From NCBI GenBank assembly GCA_032718475.1, contig JAUCBJ010007307.1, positions 1 through 54,471 of the forward strand: DNA of 54,471 nucleotides, written 5' to 3'. Below are positions 37,585-49,380 of this stretch, one piece after another. The stretch's first letter is position 1. Each line of letters opens with the position of its first letter. The notes under the pieces are model-generated. The model was not told where the DNA came from. It saw nothing but the letters and a program-made list of their open reading frames with translations, and searched no databases. Both the position numbers and the translations under genes were made by a program. The DNA is from Nemertoderma westbladi (lineage: Eukaryota > Animalia > Xenacoelomorpha).

Positions 37585-39029
37585 GTGGTACAGTGTAGAG
37601 AATTAAGACCAGGTAGTGAATGGAGCTCAGAACATTCTAAGATGTGATTGGCCGTTTATCCCCAGTAATTTCTAAATAGGGTCGTTTGTCCCCCACTGGA
37701 GTAAACCTGCCTGGTTAATTCCTGTGAGAAGCTGATATTGTAACATAATTATTGTTTGTATGCTAGTTGTGAGTAACGAAGATTTATTGTTAAAGCTCAG
37801 ATTTGAAAGCCCCCCTTCACGAGGCCCTATACATTTAAATAAATTATAGTACTGTAGTATTCGCACAGATACACTCTGGTGATAGTGTGGTGTTTTTGGT
37901 TTTTGCATCGCATTTTGGTCGCACTTTGAAGGCGCTGCCGATGCGTTTTTAGGGTGGTTTAACCAGCATTGTGAGTGCCCTTCATTGCGATTTCACAGCG
38001 CTATCACAGTGGAGTGTATGGGGTCAACCGGGCTTAATTAAGGATACATATATTATAATTCGTATATTCATAATAATTGTTTCTTTATTCACAGTGTAAA
38101 CATTTCAATGCAAACTCTAACTTAGGATATGCTATCATCTTAATTCTTAAATGCATCTCGTTTGCATTCATTGTAGTTTTTTTCGAATACTGTCCAGTTT
38201 TTAGTGTACTTTGCAAGATTTATGGTCAACACTTCGAAATAGTCAACACTTCGAAAGACAATGTCAACACTTCGAAAGACAATGTCAACACTTCGTAAAG
38301 GAAAAACTTAAATGTGAAATAGAATAATAGTATATTTTACTAATTATGTAAGTTTTTTAGTAATAAGGAATAATATTGCGAAATATATGAATAACTTAAT
38401 GGTACTATCTTTCAGTTAATAGCTTTTCGTTACCAGTACAGTAATTGCAGTTATTCATTCCAGATCTTGGGGTAGAATTCCTACCTCTACCAGGTTGGTA
38501 ATATAGTTCAATAAATCATTGAAGGTAACTCTGTCTGATTATTGTGACTATAATCGCATGCTTATCTAGGAGGAGTTTATTTAAATCATTACAATTATTA
38601 TTCTATAAAATAACTTTATGTACTAAACATATGCGGCATACATTACCAGAATACTAGTGTGCTAAACCTCCTATAGCCAGGAAACCTGGTATGCTATCTA
38701 ATTGCAACCACTGCTTTAAATTGCAATCAACAACTGTTACAATAATTCTCAAAATATGCCAAAAATAATATTCCGTAATTGTAAATATTGCTGCTCTGAA
38801 GTAAAAAACAACCACCAAGCTATTTTTTACGAGCTCTGCTTTCGATGGTATCATGTTAAGTGGATTCCAAAAATATCTCGCAATGATTATAAATATTTTC
38901 AGCATTCTGTGCCATTGCCATGAATGCTTAGATTGTGAACTTCAAATTTTCTCAATAAATTTTAGTTCTAGACTTCAGAATACCACAAAACATTAGCATA
39001 TCATTTCTAAATTCCACAATTTTTCAACC

Positions 39030-39303
39030 ATATAACCTACAACAAGGTACCAACGATTTTGACTTCGATTTCAATCCTGACGTTAATTTACCTTCGGCTT
39101 TTCGATATCACAAAATGCAAATAATATTTTCAAGACGAATTTAATGAAAAATTCCCAGCAAATGTTGATCACGAAATCTCACTAATCCATTTTAACGCTA
39201 GAAGCCTACCGGCCTACCGGCCTACCGGCCTACCGGCCCACCGGCCCACTTCGAAAGCATTTTGTATTATTTAAACGAATTTCCACAAAAATTAGATTGT
39301 ATA
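39030..39303 (+). mobile_element. CR1/L2-group LINE fragment (start of APE domain)
   Basis: DFDFNPDVN, ISLIHFNARSL, PAHFESILYYLNEFPQKLDCI; contains a (CCTACCGG)n expansion. Further pieces at 40195-40300 and 41487-41643. Confidence 0.7.
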
Positions 39304-39304
39304 A

Positions 39305-39540
39305 GGCGGGGTAGCTCAGTTGGTTGAGCGCCAGGCCTGCAATCTATTGGTTTTAGGTTCAGCCCCGCAAGGGTCCACTCAGCCTTTCATCCACTGGGGT
39401 CGATAAAATGAGTACCAGTCAAATAACTGGGAGCGAATCTTGGGAGAGGAGTAGCGCCCACCCCTACCCTCGGGTAGCAGCTATCGAAAAGGGAGCCTTC
39501 GGGTCGCCTCCGGCTTAGGCCGAATATTTGCTTTTTTGCT
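39305..39540 (+). mobile_element. tRNA-derived SINE with Deu/Nin-like central domain
   Basis: A box TAGCTCAGTTGG, degenerate B box GGTTCAGCCC, then GTCCACTCAGCCTTTCATCC...GGTCGATAAAATGAGTACCAG, recalled as the Deu/Nin SINE core. Confidence 0.75.
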
Positions 39541-39581
39541 TGGAATTTCCGAAACATGGTTACACTCACATAAACATGACT

Positions 39582-40194
39582 TCATGAGCTTATGCTCATC
39601 CGATCAGAGACTTGCTGAGTACTTTCAAAGTTAACTGTCAAAATTTTGGTCTTTCTGGAGTTAATAAAAAGACCAACACTAGAAGCAGCATGTTCTAATG
39701 AGCTGAGGAGCCGTTGGGCTCCCTCTAGTGATTCTGAGAGTACTCCTAAGTCATCAGCAAAGTCTACATCAGTTAGGTACTTGGCAGGATTTCCTCGACT
39801 TCTGGAGCCAGTAGGTGGAGTTATCATCACCTCATCATCATTATGATGATCCAAGGACATGCGTAGAACATAGTCAACAACAATTATGAACAAGAATGGT
39901 GCAAGTGTCTCTCCCTGGAGGACGCCCTCTTCAGGAGGATCTTCAATTATCCTTCTAAGTGCCAAAATGGGCTCCATGGTCCCACGACCTTTGCGGAACC
40001 CATTCTGATTTCCTCGGAGCAGTCTCTCAATGGGATCCCTGATGCGATTTAATATAATTTTATTGTATAGCTTTGCAGCAATCGAGATCAATGAGATTCC
40101 CCGAAAAGAACCATAGAGTGTTAGGTTGCCCTTCTTGGGAACTGGCACCAACTTATTTGTTTCCATTTCATGTGGGACTCTTGTTGTTCGGTAC
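39582..40194 (-). mobile_element. RTE RT fragment, same family as 29610-32884, internally deleted
   Basis: Near-identical to 30258-30600 and 30810-31063; FRGISL, QNGFR, VLQGETLAPFLF, VDFADD. Confidence 0.9.
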
Positions 40195-40369
40195 ATGTCT
40201 ACTTTAACTGACCCTAATGACATTTATGATTCGTTTGTTGAACAGTATAATTCTATCTATAACAACACATTTCCAATTAAACGCATAAAAACTAAAAATT
40301 ATTTATATTATTTATATTTATTATTTATATTATAAAAATAATATATAAAAAATATTTAAACATTGAACA

Positions 40370-41486
40370 TCTGTCAACAGTGCCTTATTGGAGTTATTGC
40401 CCATTTTCTAATGGTGTTGTAGAAAGACACAATGGTATAATAAAGGAGAAATATTATAAGGTCAGTTTGAAAGAGAAAGATTTAACTATTGATTCGATTC
40501 TTAGCATGGCTTGCTTTGCTAAGAACTGCAACCCCAACAATTCTGGATTTTCTCCGTATCAATTAGTATTGCTAAATACCCTAGAATAAATTCAGCAATT
40601 AATAGCGACTTAATACCTCTAGAACCCGCACCTGTTGGGGCAACCTTCGAAAAACATCTTAGATGTCTCAGGGAAACAAGAATAGCATACACACAGGTGG
40701 AAAACTCGAATTCGAAGAGTTTTGAGATGTAACACACGAGAAGTAGTAAAGTTGGTTAAGTTGTTAAGTTGTTAGTAAAGCATGGTTGTAGGCTGTCATC
40801 GAGATGAATTGAGGCAGAATAACAGCCAAGATATTTATGACTCTAATGTTGAGATTCCCGGAAATATAGGACAAGAAAAACCTGAAACTGAAATGATTCA
40901 GATAGAAAACAAAAATGACATGTCAGACGATGATGAATCCGAAAAAAGTGACGAATTACCAGATGTTGGTGGTAATGATGCTGATGATCTTGTACATGTT
41001 TCAACAGGAAAACCAACTGTTTAACCTGGGAATTCGGAATCATTGAGAAGATCGACACGCCAGCGAAGTGAACCAGAAAGATTTGTATCAATGTTTGTTA
41101 AAGCAAAGGAAGAGAAGGACTCACCAGAATTTGATAACGCCAAATATAAGGTATATAAATCATGGGTTGACAATAATGCCTTCGAAGAAATAAATGGAGA
41201 TGATATTAATGATGATTATACTTCTAATGTGATTTCGACACGGTTGACATACAAAGGTGATGGGGAGGATATGAACCCTAAGGCACGTTTAGTAGCAAGG
41301 GGATTTGATGATTCGGATGTTGTCTTAGGTTATGCCCCAACTGTTACAAGTATTCAATGAGAATTGCGTTGCAATTGCTAGTGATGATTGGTCGGCAGTT
41401 GTTATTGATTTTAAGACTTCCTTTTTGCAGGTACAGCTAGATCAGATACAACGAGATGTTTACTTAATCCCTACAAAAAATGTCCC
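40370..41486 (+). mobile_element. Decayed Ty1/copia pol fragment (integrase then RT), GalEa-like
   Basis: PFSNGVVERHNGIIKE, ACFAKN, GFSPYQLV (integrase) followed by KARLVARGF, APT, IDFKTSFLQ, RDVYLIP (copia RT); IN-before-RT order. Confidence 0.8.
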
Positions 41487-41643
41487 ACTAAAATCGTTTC
41501 ATCAATGGTTTTGCCTCAAAATACGTCGGCAATCTATTTATATTGTTTCCCATTTGATATGGAACAACCTGCCAACATCTGTAAGGCAGAGCGCCAGAAT
41601 AAATATTAAAAAAACAAACGCTAAGGCAGCATCTTTTGAATAG
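41487..41643 (+). mobile_element. CR1/L2-group LINE 3' fragment
   Basis: IRRQSIYIVSHLIWNNLPTSVRQS resembles the 'IWNxLPxxIR' C-terminal motif. Confidence 0.6.
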
Positions 41644-42820
41644 ATCTACTGTACGTAGGTAGCTCCAAGGCCTTGTATCCAAAACTTTAGATATAGTTTA
41701 ATTATTTCGCGTACGTTCTACATCTACTTTTATACAATATAAAAATAAACATATTGCAGTATCCATTATCCCAGTATATTATATCCTAGCATAGTGGCTC
41801 ATGAAATGAAACATATATCTCACTGGATTTCATTTTATCCTAAATACGCAATATAATACACGTTCGTGGGGCCTTCGCGCAGCACGAGGCCCAGTTATGA
41901 GATACAAATTAAAATTGTGCGACTGTATCACAAAATCAGGTTATGAGAGATTAACCCACACCACCAATTAATCAAAGAAAGGGGGACAGTACGTGTTCAC
42001 CCCTTTTAATCTGCACCCCCCCCCCCCCCTCCCCCCAATACATAACCGCGACATCTACCACCCACGGAAGGGTAGCACGAACTTATTTCCAAACGCACGT
42101 TCAATATGCAAAGCCAGGTGGTTTATAGGAATATAATCAATGCAATACTCGTCTTCATTATAAGCCTCTTTGCGTTCGACCTGTTTTGTATTAAAATATA
42201 TTTATTAAACGCAGGCTGACGCTCTTTATAATAATAATACCTAGGGATGCCAGCTTCCAGACTTTCAATCTTTACTGCCGCGCAAACCCCGCAGAGGAAG
42301 TTTTCGTTTGAGAGATCAAGCCCATCGGCAATTGGTGTTTCAATTTCGGTCCAGGAACTCTGACAATGGTAGCATTCAATCTTAGCTGTGGTCCATTCCC
42401 GTGGTTTCGGCTTCCTTTTCTTCGTCCCAATGACAGATTCTTCTGAAGACGTTCGATTCGCTTTCAGTTTATTGTTGGCGTTTGTGTTTTGAAGTTGTAT
42501 TCGAGTGGACAGTCGCGCCGGTTTCGAGGTAACCACTAACCATACCGACCTGTGATAAGCGTTGGTTTTGTTGAGTGCCGGTATTCATCTTCTCTCACCT
42601 CTTCAATGTCAGATGTTGCAAATACTGATAACACGAATAACGGTATATATTTCAATACTTGTCAATAGTAATATATATAATTTAGATAACTATTTTATAT
42701 CTGTACTGTTGAGCAAACTCTACATAAATTCCAACCTGTGTATCGCCGGTAGTGCTGTTGCTGTGCAAGTGCTGAAGTGCTAGTTGCCACCGGTCAGCCG
42801 GTACCGGTAGTAGGGTGGTA

Positions 42821-44677
42821 CAATGGCCTACTACACACAGGCCATGACAAGGACTTTGCTGTGAAATTAGCGTAGGCTGACTGCTGAATTATCAAATATT
42901 ATATTTTCCACGAATGCAGGGTCCATATTTAAAAGAAGATGACTAGATTTTCGTAAGTAATTTAATTGAAACAGTATTTAATAATTAATTAAATAATTAT
43001 CGCTAGAGTTCCTGCAGCTTTTATTTGTTTGTGGCTGCCTCTGGCTATGTTTGTGGCAGGAATGTTTGAACGCTTATAAGTCAGTCAATCAAGGATGAAA
43101 TGGAACCAAACTTGGTACACATGTAGTCTATAAAAAATTTTGAAATTCTACACACAGACAGACATCTACAGTTCCCCTGTCTGCCGCTAGGGGGCGAATT
43201 AACAGAAACGTAAAAATAGCTGTAATTATAGAACCAACGATCAGATTCATCTGAAATTTAGTAGTAGTTACCTAAGAGCATTGCTTAATTAGAAATTCTA
43301 CAGAGATTTTACAGTTCCTGTCTGCCGCTAGTGGGGAATTGTTAGAGCTCCAGTTCAACGAGCTTAGCACGGTTTAATAAACAATAAATTAATTATTTTA
43401 TTCAATACAGTAATTATAACAGTAAAATGCAATATATTCTATTTTTTAGTAAAATCAAGAGACAGGAGGGGGTGGGACTGGACGCAAATCCCATCTTGGC
43501 GAATTAATATCCCGCCTCAATATTAATTTCTCAATTTTGGGAAAGGAGCAGGTTACAGTGGCACGTTATTTTAACCAAAACAATAAAGTAAACACAATAG
43601 AACAGGTTACAGTTTTATTTTTGAGAGTAATCAGCTGTTGTTATTTGCGTCCAATTTCCCCTGGAGAGGGATTAATTTTTATTGCGTCCAGTCCCCCCCC
43701 CCCCCCCCCCCCCTATCTTGAAATCAAATACCAAAAATATATTTATTATATGAACAATCTATTTGGAAATTGTAAGTTCGGCCTATCTCTTTACCATAAG
43801 CTCAGTATCTTTATCTGGTGTGTTTTTATTATTTTACCAATTATTTAATACGTTTGATAGAATTGAACAACACCGCCCAACACAACCAACTCTCTATCCG
43901 CCTCGAGCTGTCGAGCATCGAGAATACGAGAAACTCGATCGAAATACCTGCTTATCCCAGTAGTATCCGTCCTTAGTCACCGGACCGCTGCGGTTTACTC
44001 CCGTAGAACAGTAGAATTCCCGCAGCTTTCGACCCAATTCGACAACGAATTCGCTTCACACTTTCACGTCGCAGAGAACGTAATCCAGTGCGATACAAGT
44101 ATGCCCGGCGTTCAACCATTTCCCCCAGGCGATACCAGGATCCGGGCCGCTGCTAAACCCAGATCGCAATCCTCGTCGATTCGTCCAGTCGTCGACGTAA
44201 GTCAGTAAGTGGGACTCTTCCCACCGCACTCCAAGGTGGGTGACCGGAGTGAGGCATGAGGAACTTGGCAGTGGCCCGCATTACGATCTGACCGACCGCC
44301 GTATTCCCAGTGTCTGAGTGTAGTAAGAATCGAAATAGAATCGTAGTGACAAACAAGCAATTCCGTAGCACTGCGTAGTATTCCCCCGTTAATCACCTCT
44401 TGAAGCAACTCGGCTGCTCGGGTCCAGATACATCGGACTGTCGGGAGCGTTTCAGACAGTAATGGAGCGGCATTTGCGAATATTTCCAATGGTTTTATAA
44501 TAAATAAGGGGATTAAATGCTAAAACAAATGGATTATTCCTAACCCCACCCCAATACAGCAGTATACCTAACAGTATATAGCTTGTACCACAGTACCATA
44601 ATCTGATAATCAGCACAGTCAGCCTACGCTAATTTCACAGCAAAGTCCTTGTCATGGCCTGTGTGTAGTAGGCCATG
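42821..44677. mobile_element. Non-autonomous TIR DNA transposon, P-element-like
   Basis: About 75-bp inverted repeats CA(A)TGGCCTACTACACACAGGCCATGACAAGGACTTTGCTGTGAAATTAGCGTAGGCTGACTG; flanking direct repeat GGTGGTA (42814-42820, 44678-44684); no transposase ORF. Confidence 0.8.
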
Positions 44678-45149
44678 GGTGGTACCTACGGTGCGCACTA
44701 CAACGGCAGTACAGCAATACGGTGTACCGTGCCAATGCAGCAATGACTGAATGATTACCGGTAGCGGTAACTATCTAAACTATTATATTATTATTATTAT
44801 TACTGGGCTAATTAGGCCTAAACTTAATCACCGCAAGGGTTGCCGGGGTTAATTAGATTACATGATATGGCATGTCTGCAGTGTTTGAAGCATACCGGCT
44901 GACCAGTATTGCAGTATTGACTGATTGCAGGATTCTCGATTCAGGGATTGAGTACAGCCTGGCAGTACCGGTACACATGGTACATGCAGACAACCCCAAT
45001 GTATTGCAAAATTTGTCAAGAAACCCTGCTGATTTATCCTACAGTAATAATAAATAAAAAATAAAAAAATAAATAATAAATAAATTTATTATAACTGCAA
45101 TAACAGTTACACTGATGCTGCACGAAGACCCCACGCAAATTCTACTTGG

Positions 45150-45345
45150 AAAATTTTCAAACTTTTGCCAAACAACATGTGTACCAAGTTTGGATAGATT
45201 TCATCAAGGATTGGCCGAGTTATTAACGTTTAAAATAAAATACTGAAAAAAAACGCGACAGAACGACAGAACGACAGAACGACAGAACGACAGGTTGATT
45301 AATGGTAGCCCTACGCTAAGGCTCACTCACTTCGTGGCTCGCCCC
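45150..45345 (+). mobile_element. Helentron/DINE-like non-autonomous element end
   Basis: TGTGTACCAAGTTTGG core, (GACAGAAC)n microsatellite, terminal imperfect hairpin; a related segment lies inverted at about 43060-43130. Confidence 0.5.
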
Positions 45346-45429
45346 ACAATAAAATGGTAACAAAAATATATACAAAACTTAGTTTTCGTTTTTATTATTA
45401 ATTATTATTACTTTATTATTTCATTATTA

Positions 45430-48400
45430 TTTCGAAGTGTTGACATGGGCACTAAATTCCTTTCGAAGTGTCGACATGGGCACTAAATTCCTTTCGAATT
45501 GTTGACATGGGCACTAAATTCCTTTCAAAGTGTTGACATGGGCACTAAATTCCTTTCGAAGTCTCGACATGGGCACTAAATTCCATTCGAAGTGTTGACA
45601 TGGGCACTAAATTCCTTTCAAAGTGTTGACATGGGCACTAAATTCCGTTCGAAGTGTTGACATGGGCACTAAATTCCTTTCAAAGTGTTGACATGGGCAC
45701 TAAATTCCTTTCAAAGTGTTGACATGGGCACTAAATTACTTTCGAAGTGTTGACATGGGCATTAAATTCCTTTCAAAGTGTTGACATGGGCACTAAATTA
45801 CTTTCGAAGTGTTGACATGGGCACTAAATTCCTTTCGAAGTGTCGACATGGGCACTAAATTCCTTTCGAAGTGTCGACATGGGCACTAAATTTCTTTCGA
45901 AGTGTCGACATGGGCACTAAATTCCTTTCGAAGTGTCGACATGGGCACTAAATTCCTTTCGAAGTGTTGACATGGGCACTAAATTCCTTTTGAAGTGTTG
46001 ACATGGGCACTAAATTCCGTTCGAAGTGTTGACATGGGCACTAAATTCCTTTCAAAGTGTTGACATGGGCACTAAATTCCTTTCAAAGTGTTGACATGGG
46101 CACTAAATTACTTTCAAAGTGTTGACATGGGCACTAAATTCCTTTCAAAGTGTTGACATGGGCACTAAATTACTTTCGAAGTGTTGACATGGGCACTAAA
46201 TTCCTTTCGAAGTGTCGACATGGGCACTAAATTCCTTTCGAAGTGTCGACATGGGCACTAAATTTCTTTCGAAGTGTGGACATGGGCACTAAATTCCTTT
46301 CGAAGTGTTGACATGGGCACTAAATTCCTTTCGAAGTGCTGACATGGGCACTAAATTCCTTTCGAAGTGTCGACATGGGCACTAAATTCCTTTCAAAGTG
46401 TTGACATGGGCACTAAATTACTTTCAAAGTGTTGACATGGGCACTAAATTCCTTTCAAAGTGTTGACATGGGCACTAAATTACTTTCGAAGTGTTGACAT
46501 GGGCACTAAATTCCTTTCGAAGTGTCGACATGGGCACTAAATTCCTTTCGAAGTGTCGACATGGGCACTAAATTTCTTTCGAAGTGTGGACATGGGCACT
46601 AAATTCCTTTCGAAGTGTTGACATGGGCACTAAATTCCTTTCGAAGTGCTGACATGGGCACTAAATTCCTTTCGAAGTGTCGACATGGGCACTAAATTCC
46701 TTTCGAAGTGTCGACATGGGCACTAAATTTCTTTCGAAGTGTCGACATGGGCACTAAATTCCTTTCGAAGTGTTGACATGGGCACTAAATTCCTTTCGAA
46801 GTGTCGACATGGGCACTAAATTCCTTTCGAAGTGTTGACATGGGCACTAAATTACTTTCGAAGTGTTGACATGGTCACTAAATTCCTTTCGAAGTGTCGA
46901 CATGGGCACTAAATTCCTTTCTAAGTGTCGACATGGGCACTAAATTCCTTTCGAAGTGTTAACATGGGCACTAAATTCCTTTCAAAGTGTTGACATGGGC
47001 ACTAAATTACTTTCGAAGTGTTGACATGGTCACTAAATTCCTTTCGAAGTGTCGACATGGGCACTAAATTCCTTTCTAAGTGTCGACATGGGCACTAAAT
47101 TCCTTTCGAAGTGTTGACATGGGCACTAAATTACTTTCGAAGTGTTGACATGGGCACTAAATTCCTTTCGAAGTGTCGACATGGGCACTAAATTCCGTTC
47201 GAAGTGTTGACATGGTCACTAAATTCCTTTCGAAGTGTCGACATGGGCACTAAATTCCTTTCTAAGTGTCGACATGGGCACTAAATTCCTTTCGAAGTGT
47301 CGACATGGGCACTAAATTTCTTTCGAAGTGTCGACATGGGCACTAAATTCCTTTCGAAGTGTTGACATGGGCACTAAATTCCTTTCGAAGTGTTGACATG
47401 GGCTCTAAATTCCGTTCGAAGTGTTGACATGGGCACTAAATTCCTTTCGAAGTGTTGACATGGGCACTAAATTCCTTTCGAAGTGTTGACATGGGCACTA
47501 AATTCCTTTCGAAGTGTTGACATGGGCACTAAATTTCTTTCGGAGTGTCGACATGGGCACTAAATTCCTTTCGAAGTGTTGACATGGGCACTAAATTCCT
47601 TTCGAAGTGTTGACATGGGCACTAAATTCCTTTCGAAGTGTCGACATGGGCACTAAATTCCTTTCTAAGTGTCGACATGGGCACTAAATTCCTTTCGAAG
47701 TGTCGACATGGGCACTAAATTCCTTTCGAAGTGTTGACATGGGCACTAAATTCCTTTCGAAGTGTCGACATGGGCACTAAATTCCGTTCGAAGTGTTGAC
47801 ATGGTCACTAAATTCCTTTCGAAGTGTCGACATGGGCACTAAATTCCTTTCTAAGTGTCGACATGGGCACTAAATTCCTTTCGAAGTGTCGACATGGGCA
47901 CTAAATTTCTTTCGAAGTGTCGACATGGGCACTAAATTCCTTTCGAAGTGTTGACATGGGCACTAAATTCCTTTCGAAGTGTTGACATGGGCTCTAAATT
48001 CCGTTCGAAGTGTTGACATGGGCACTAAATTCCTTTCGAAGTGTTGACATGGGCACTAAATTCCTTTCGAAGTGTTGACATGGGCACTAAATTCCTTTCG
48101 AAGTGTTGACATGGGCACTAAATTTCTTTCGGAGTGTCGACATGGGCACTAAATTCCTTTCGAAGTGTTGACATGGGCACTAAATTCCTTTCGAAGTGTT
48201 GACATGGGCACTAAATTCCTTTCGAAGTGTCGACATGGGCACTAAATTCCTTTCTAAGTGTCGACATGGGCACTAAATTCCTTTCGAAGTGTCGACATGG
48301 GCACTAAATTTCTTTCGAAGTGTCGACATGGGCACTAAATTCCTTTCGAAGTGTTGACATGGGCACTAAATTCCTTTCGAAGTGTTGACATGGGCACTAA

Positions 48401-49380
48401 ATTCCTTTCGAAGTGTTGACATGGGCACTAAATTCCTTTCGCAGGGTTTACATGGGCTCTAAATTCCGTTCGAAGTGTTGACATGGGCACTAAATTCCTT
48501 TCGAAGTGTTGACATGGGCACTAACTTCCTTTCGAAGTGTTGACATTGGCACTAAATTCCTTTCGAAGTGTTGACATGGGCACTAAATTCCTTTCGAAGT
48601 GTTGACATGGGCACTAAATACCTTTCAAGTGTTGACATGGGCACTAAATTCCTTTCGAAGTGTTGACATGGGCACTAAATTCCTTTCGAAGTGTTGACAT
48701 GGGCACTAAATACCTTTCAAGTGTTGACATGGGCACTAAATTCCTTTCGAAGTGTCGACATGGGCACTAAATTCCTTTCGAAGTGTTGACATGGGCACTA
48801 ATTTCCTTTCGAAGTGTTGACATGAGCACTAAATTCCTTTCGAAGTGTTAACATGGGCACTAAATTCATTTCGAAGTGTTGACATGGGCACTAAATTCCT
48901 TTCGAAGTGTTAACATGGGCACTAAATTCATTTCGAAGTGTTAACATGGGCACTAAATTCATTTCGAAGTGTTGTCATGGGCTCTAAATTCCTTTCGAAG
49001 TGTTGACATGGGCACTAAATTCCTTTCGAAGTGTTGACATGGGCTCTAAATTCCGTTCGAAGTGTTGACATGGGCACTAAATTCCTTTCGAAGTGTTGAC
49101 ATGGGCACTAAATTCCTTTCGAAGTGTTAACATGGGCACTAAATTCATTTCAAAGTGTTGTCATGGGCTCTAAATTCCTTTCGAAGTGTTGACATGGGCA
49201 CTAAATTCCTTTCGAAGTGTTGACATGGGCTCTGTTGACATGGGCACTAAATTCCTTTCGAAGTGTCGACATGGGCACTAAATTCCTTTCGAAGTGTTGA
49301 CATGGGCACTAAATTCCTTTCGAAGTGTCGACATGGGCACTAAATTCCGTTCGAAGTGTTGACCATTTCGATGTGTTGAC
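45430..49380 (+). repeat. 31-bp satellite array (TTCGAAGTGTTGACATGGGCACTAAATTCCT), about 127 copies, forming the expanded right arm of 38217-49388
   Basis: Directly visible; its core TTCGAAGTGTTGAC is the reverse complement of the motif repeated four times at 38226-38296. Confidence 0.98.

Noticed and set aside
34138-37598. Apparent polytopic membrane proteins (YLIAVVMFVIVL)n
   Set aside because: Direct translation of the 36-bp minisatellite, with a frameshift at about 35295 and no non-repeat domain.
39305-39375. Possible tRNA-Cys gene
   Set aside because: T-arm and acceptor stem do not close properly and the sequence runs into a SINE core; treated as a SINE head.
21041-49380. CRISPR-like appearance of the 32-, 36- and 31-bp partly palindromic repeats
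   Set aside because: Units are head-to-tail with no unique spacers, there are no cas genes, and the context is eukaryotic.
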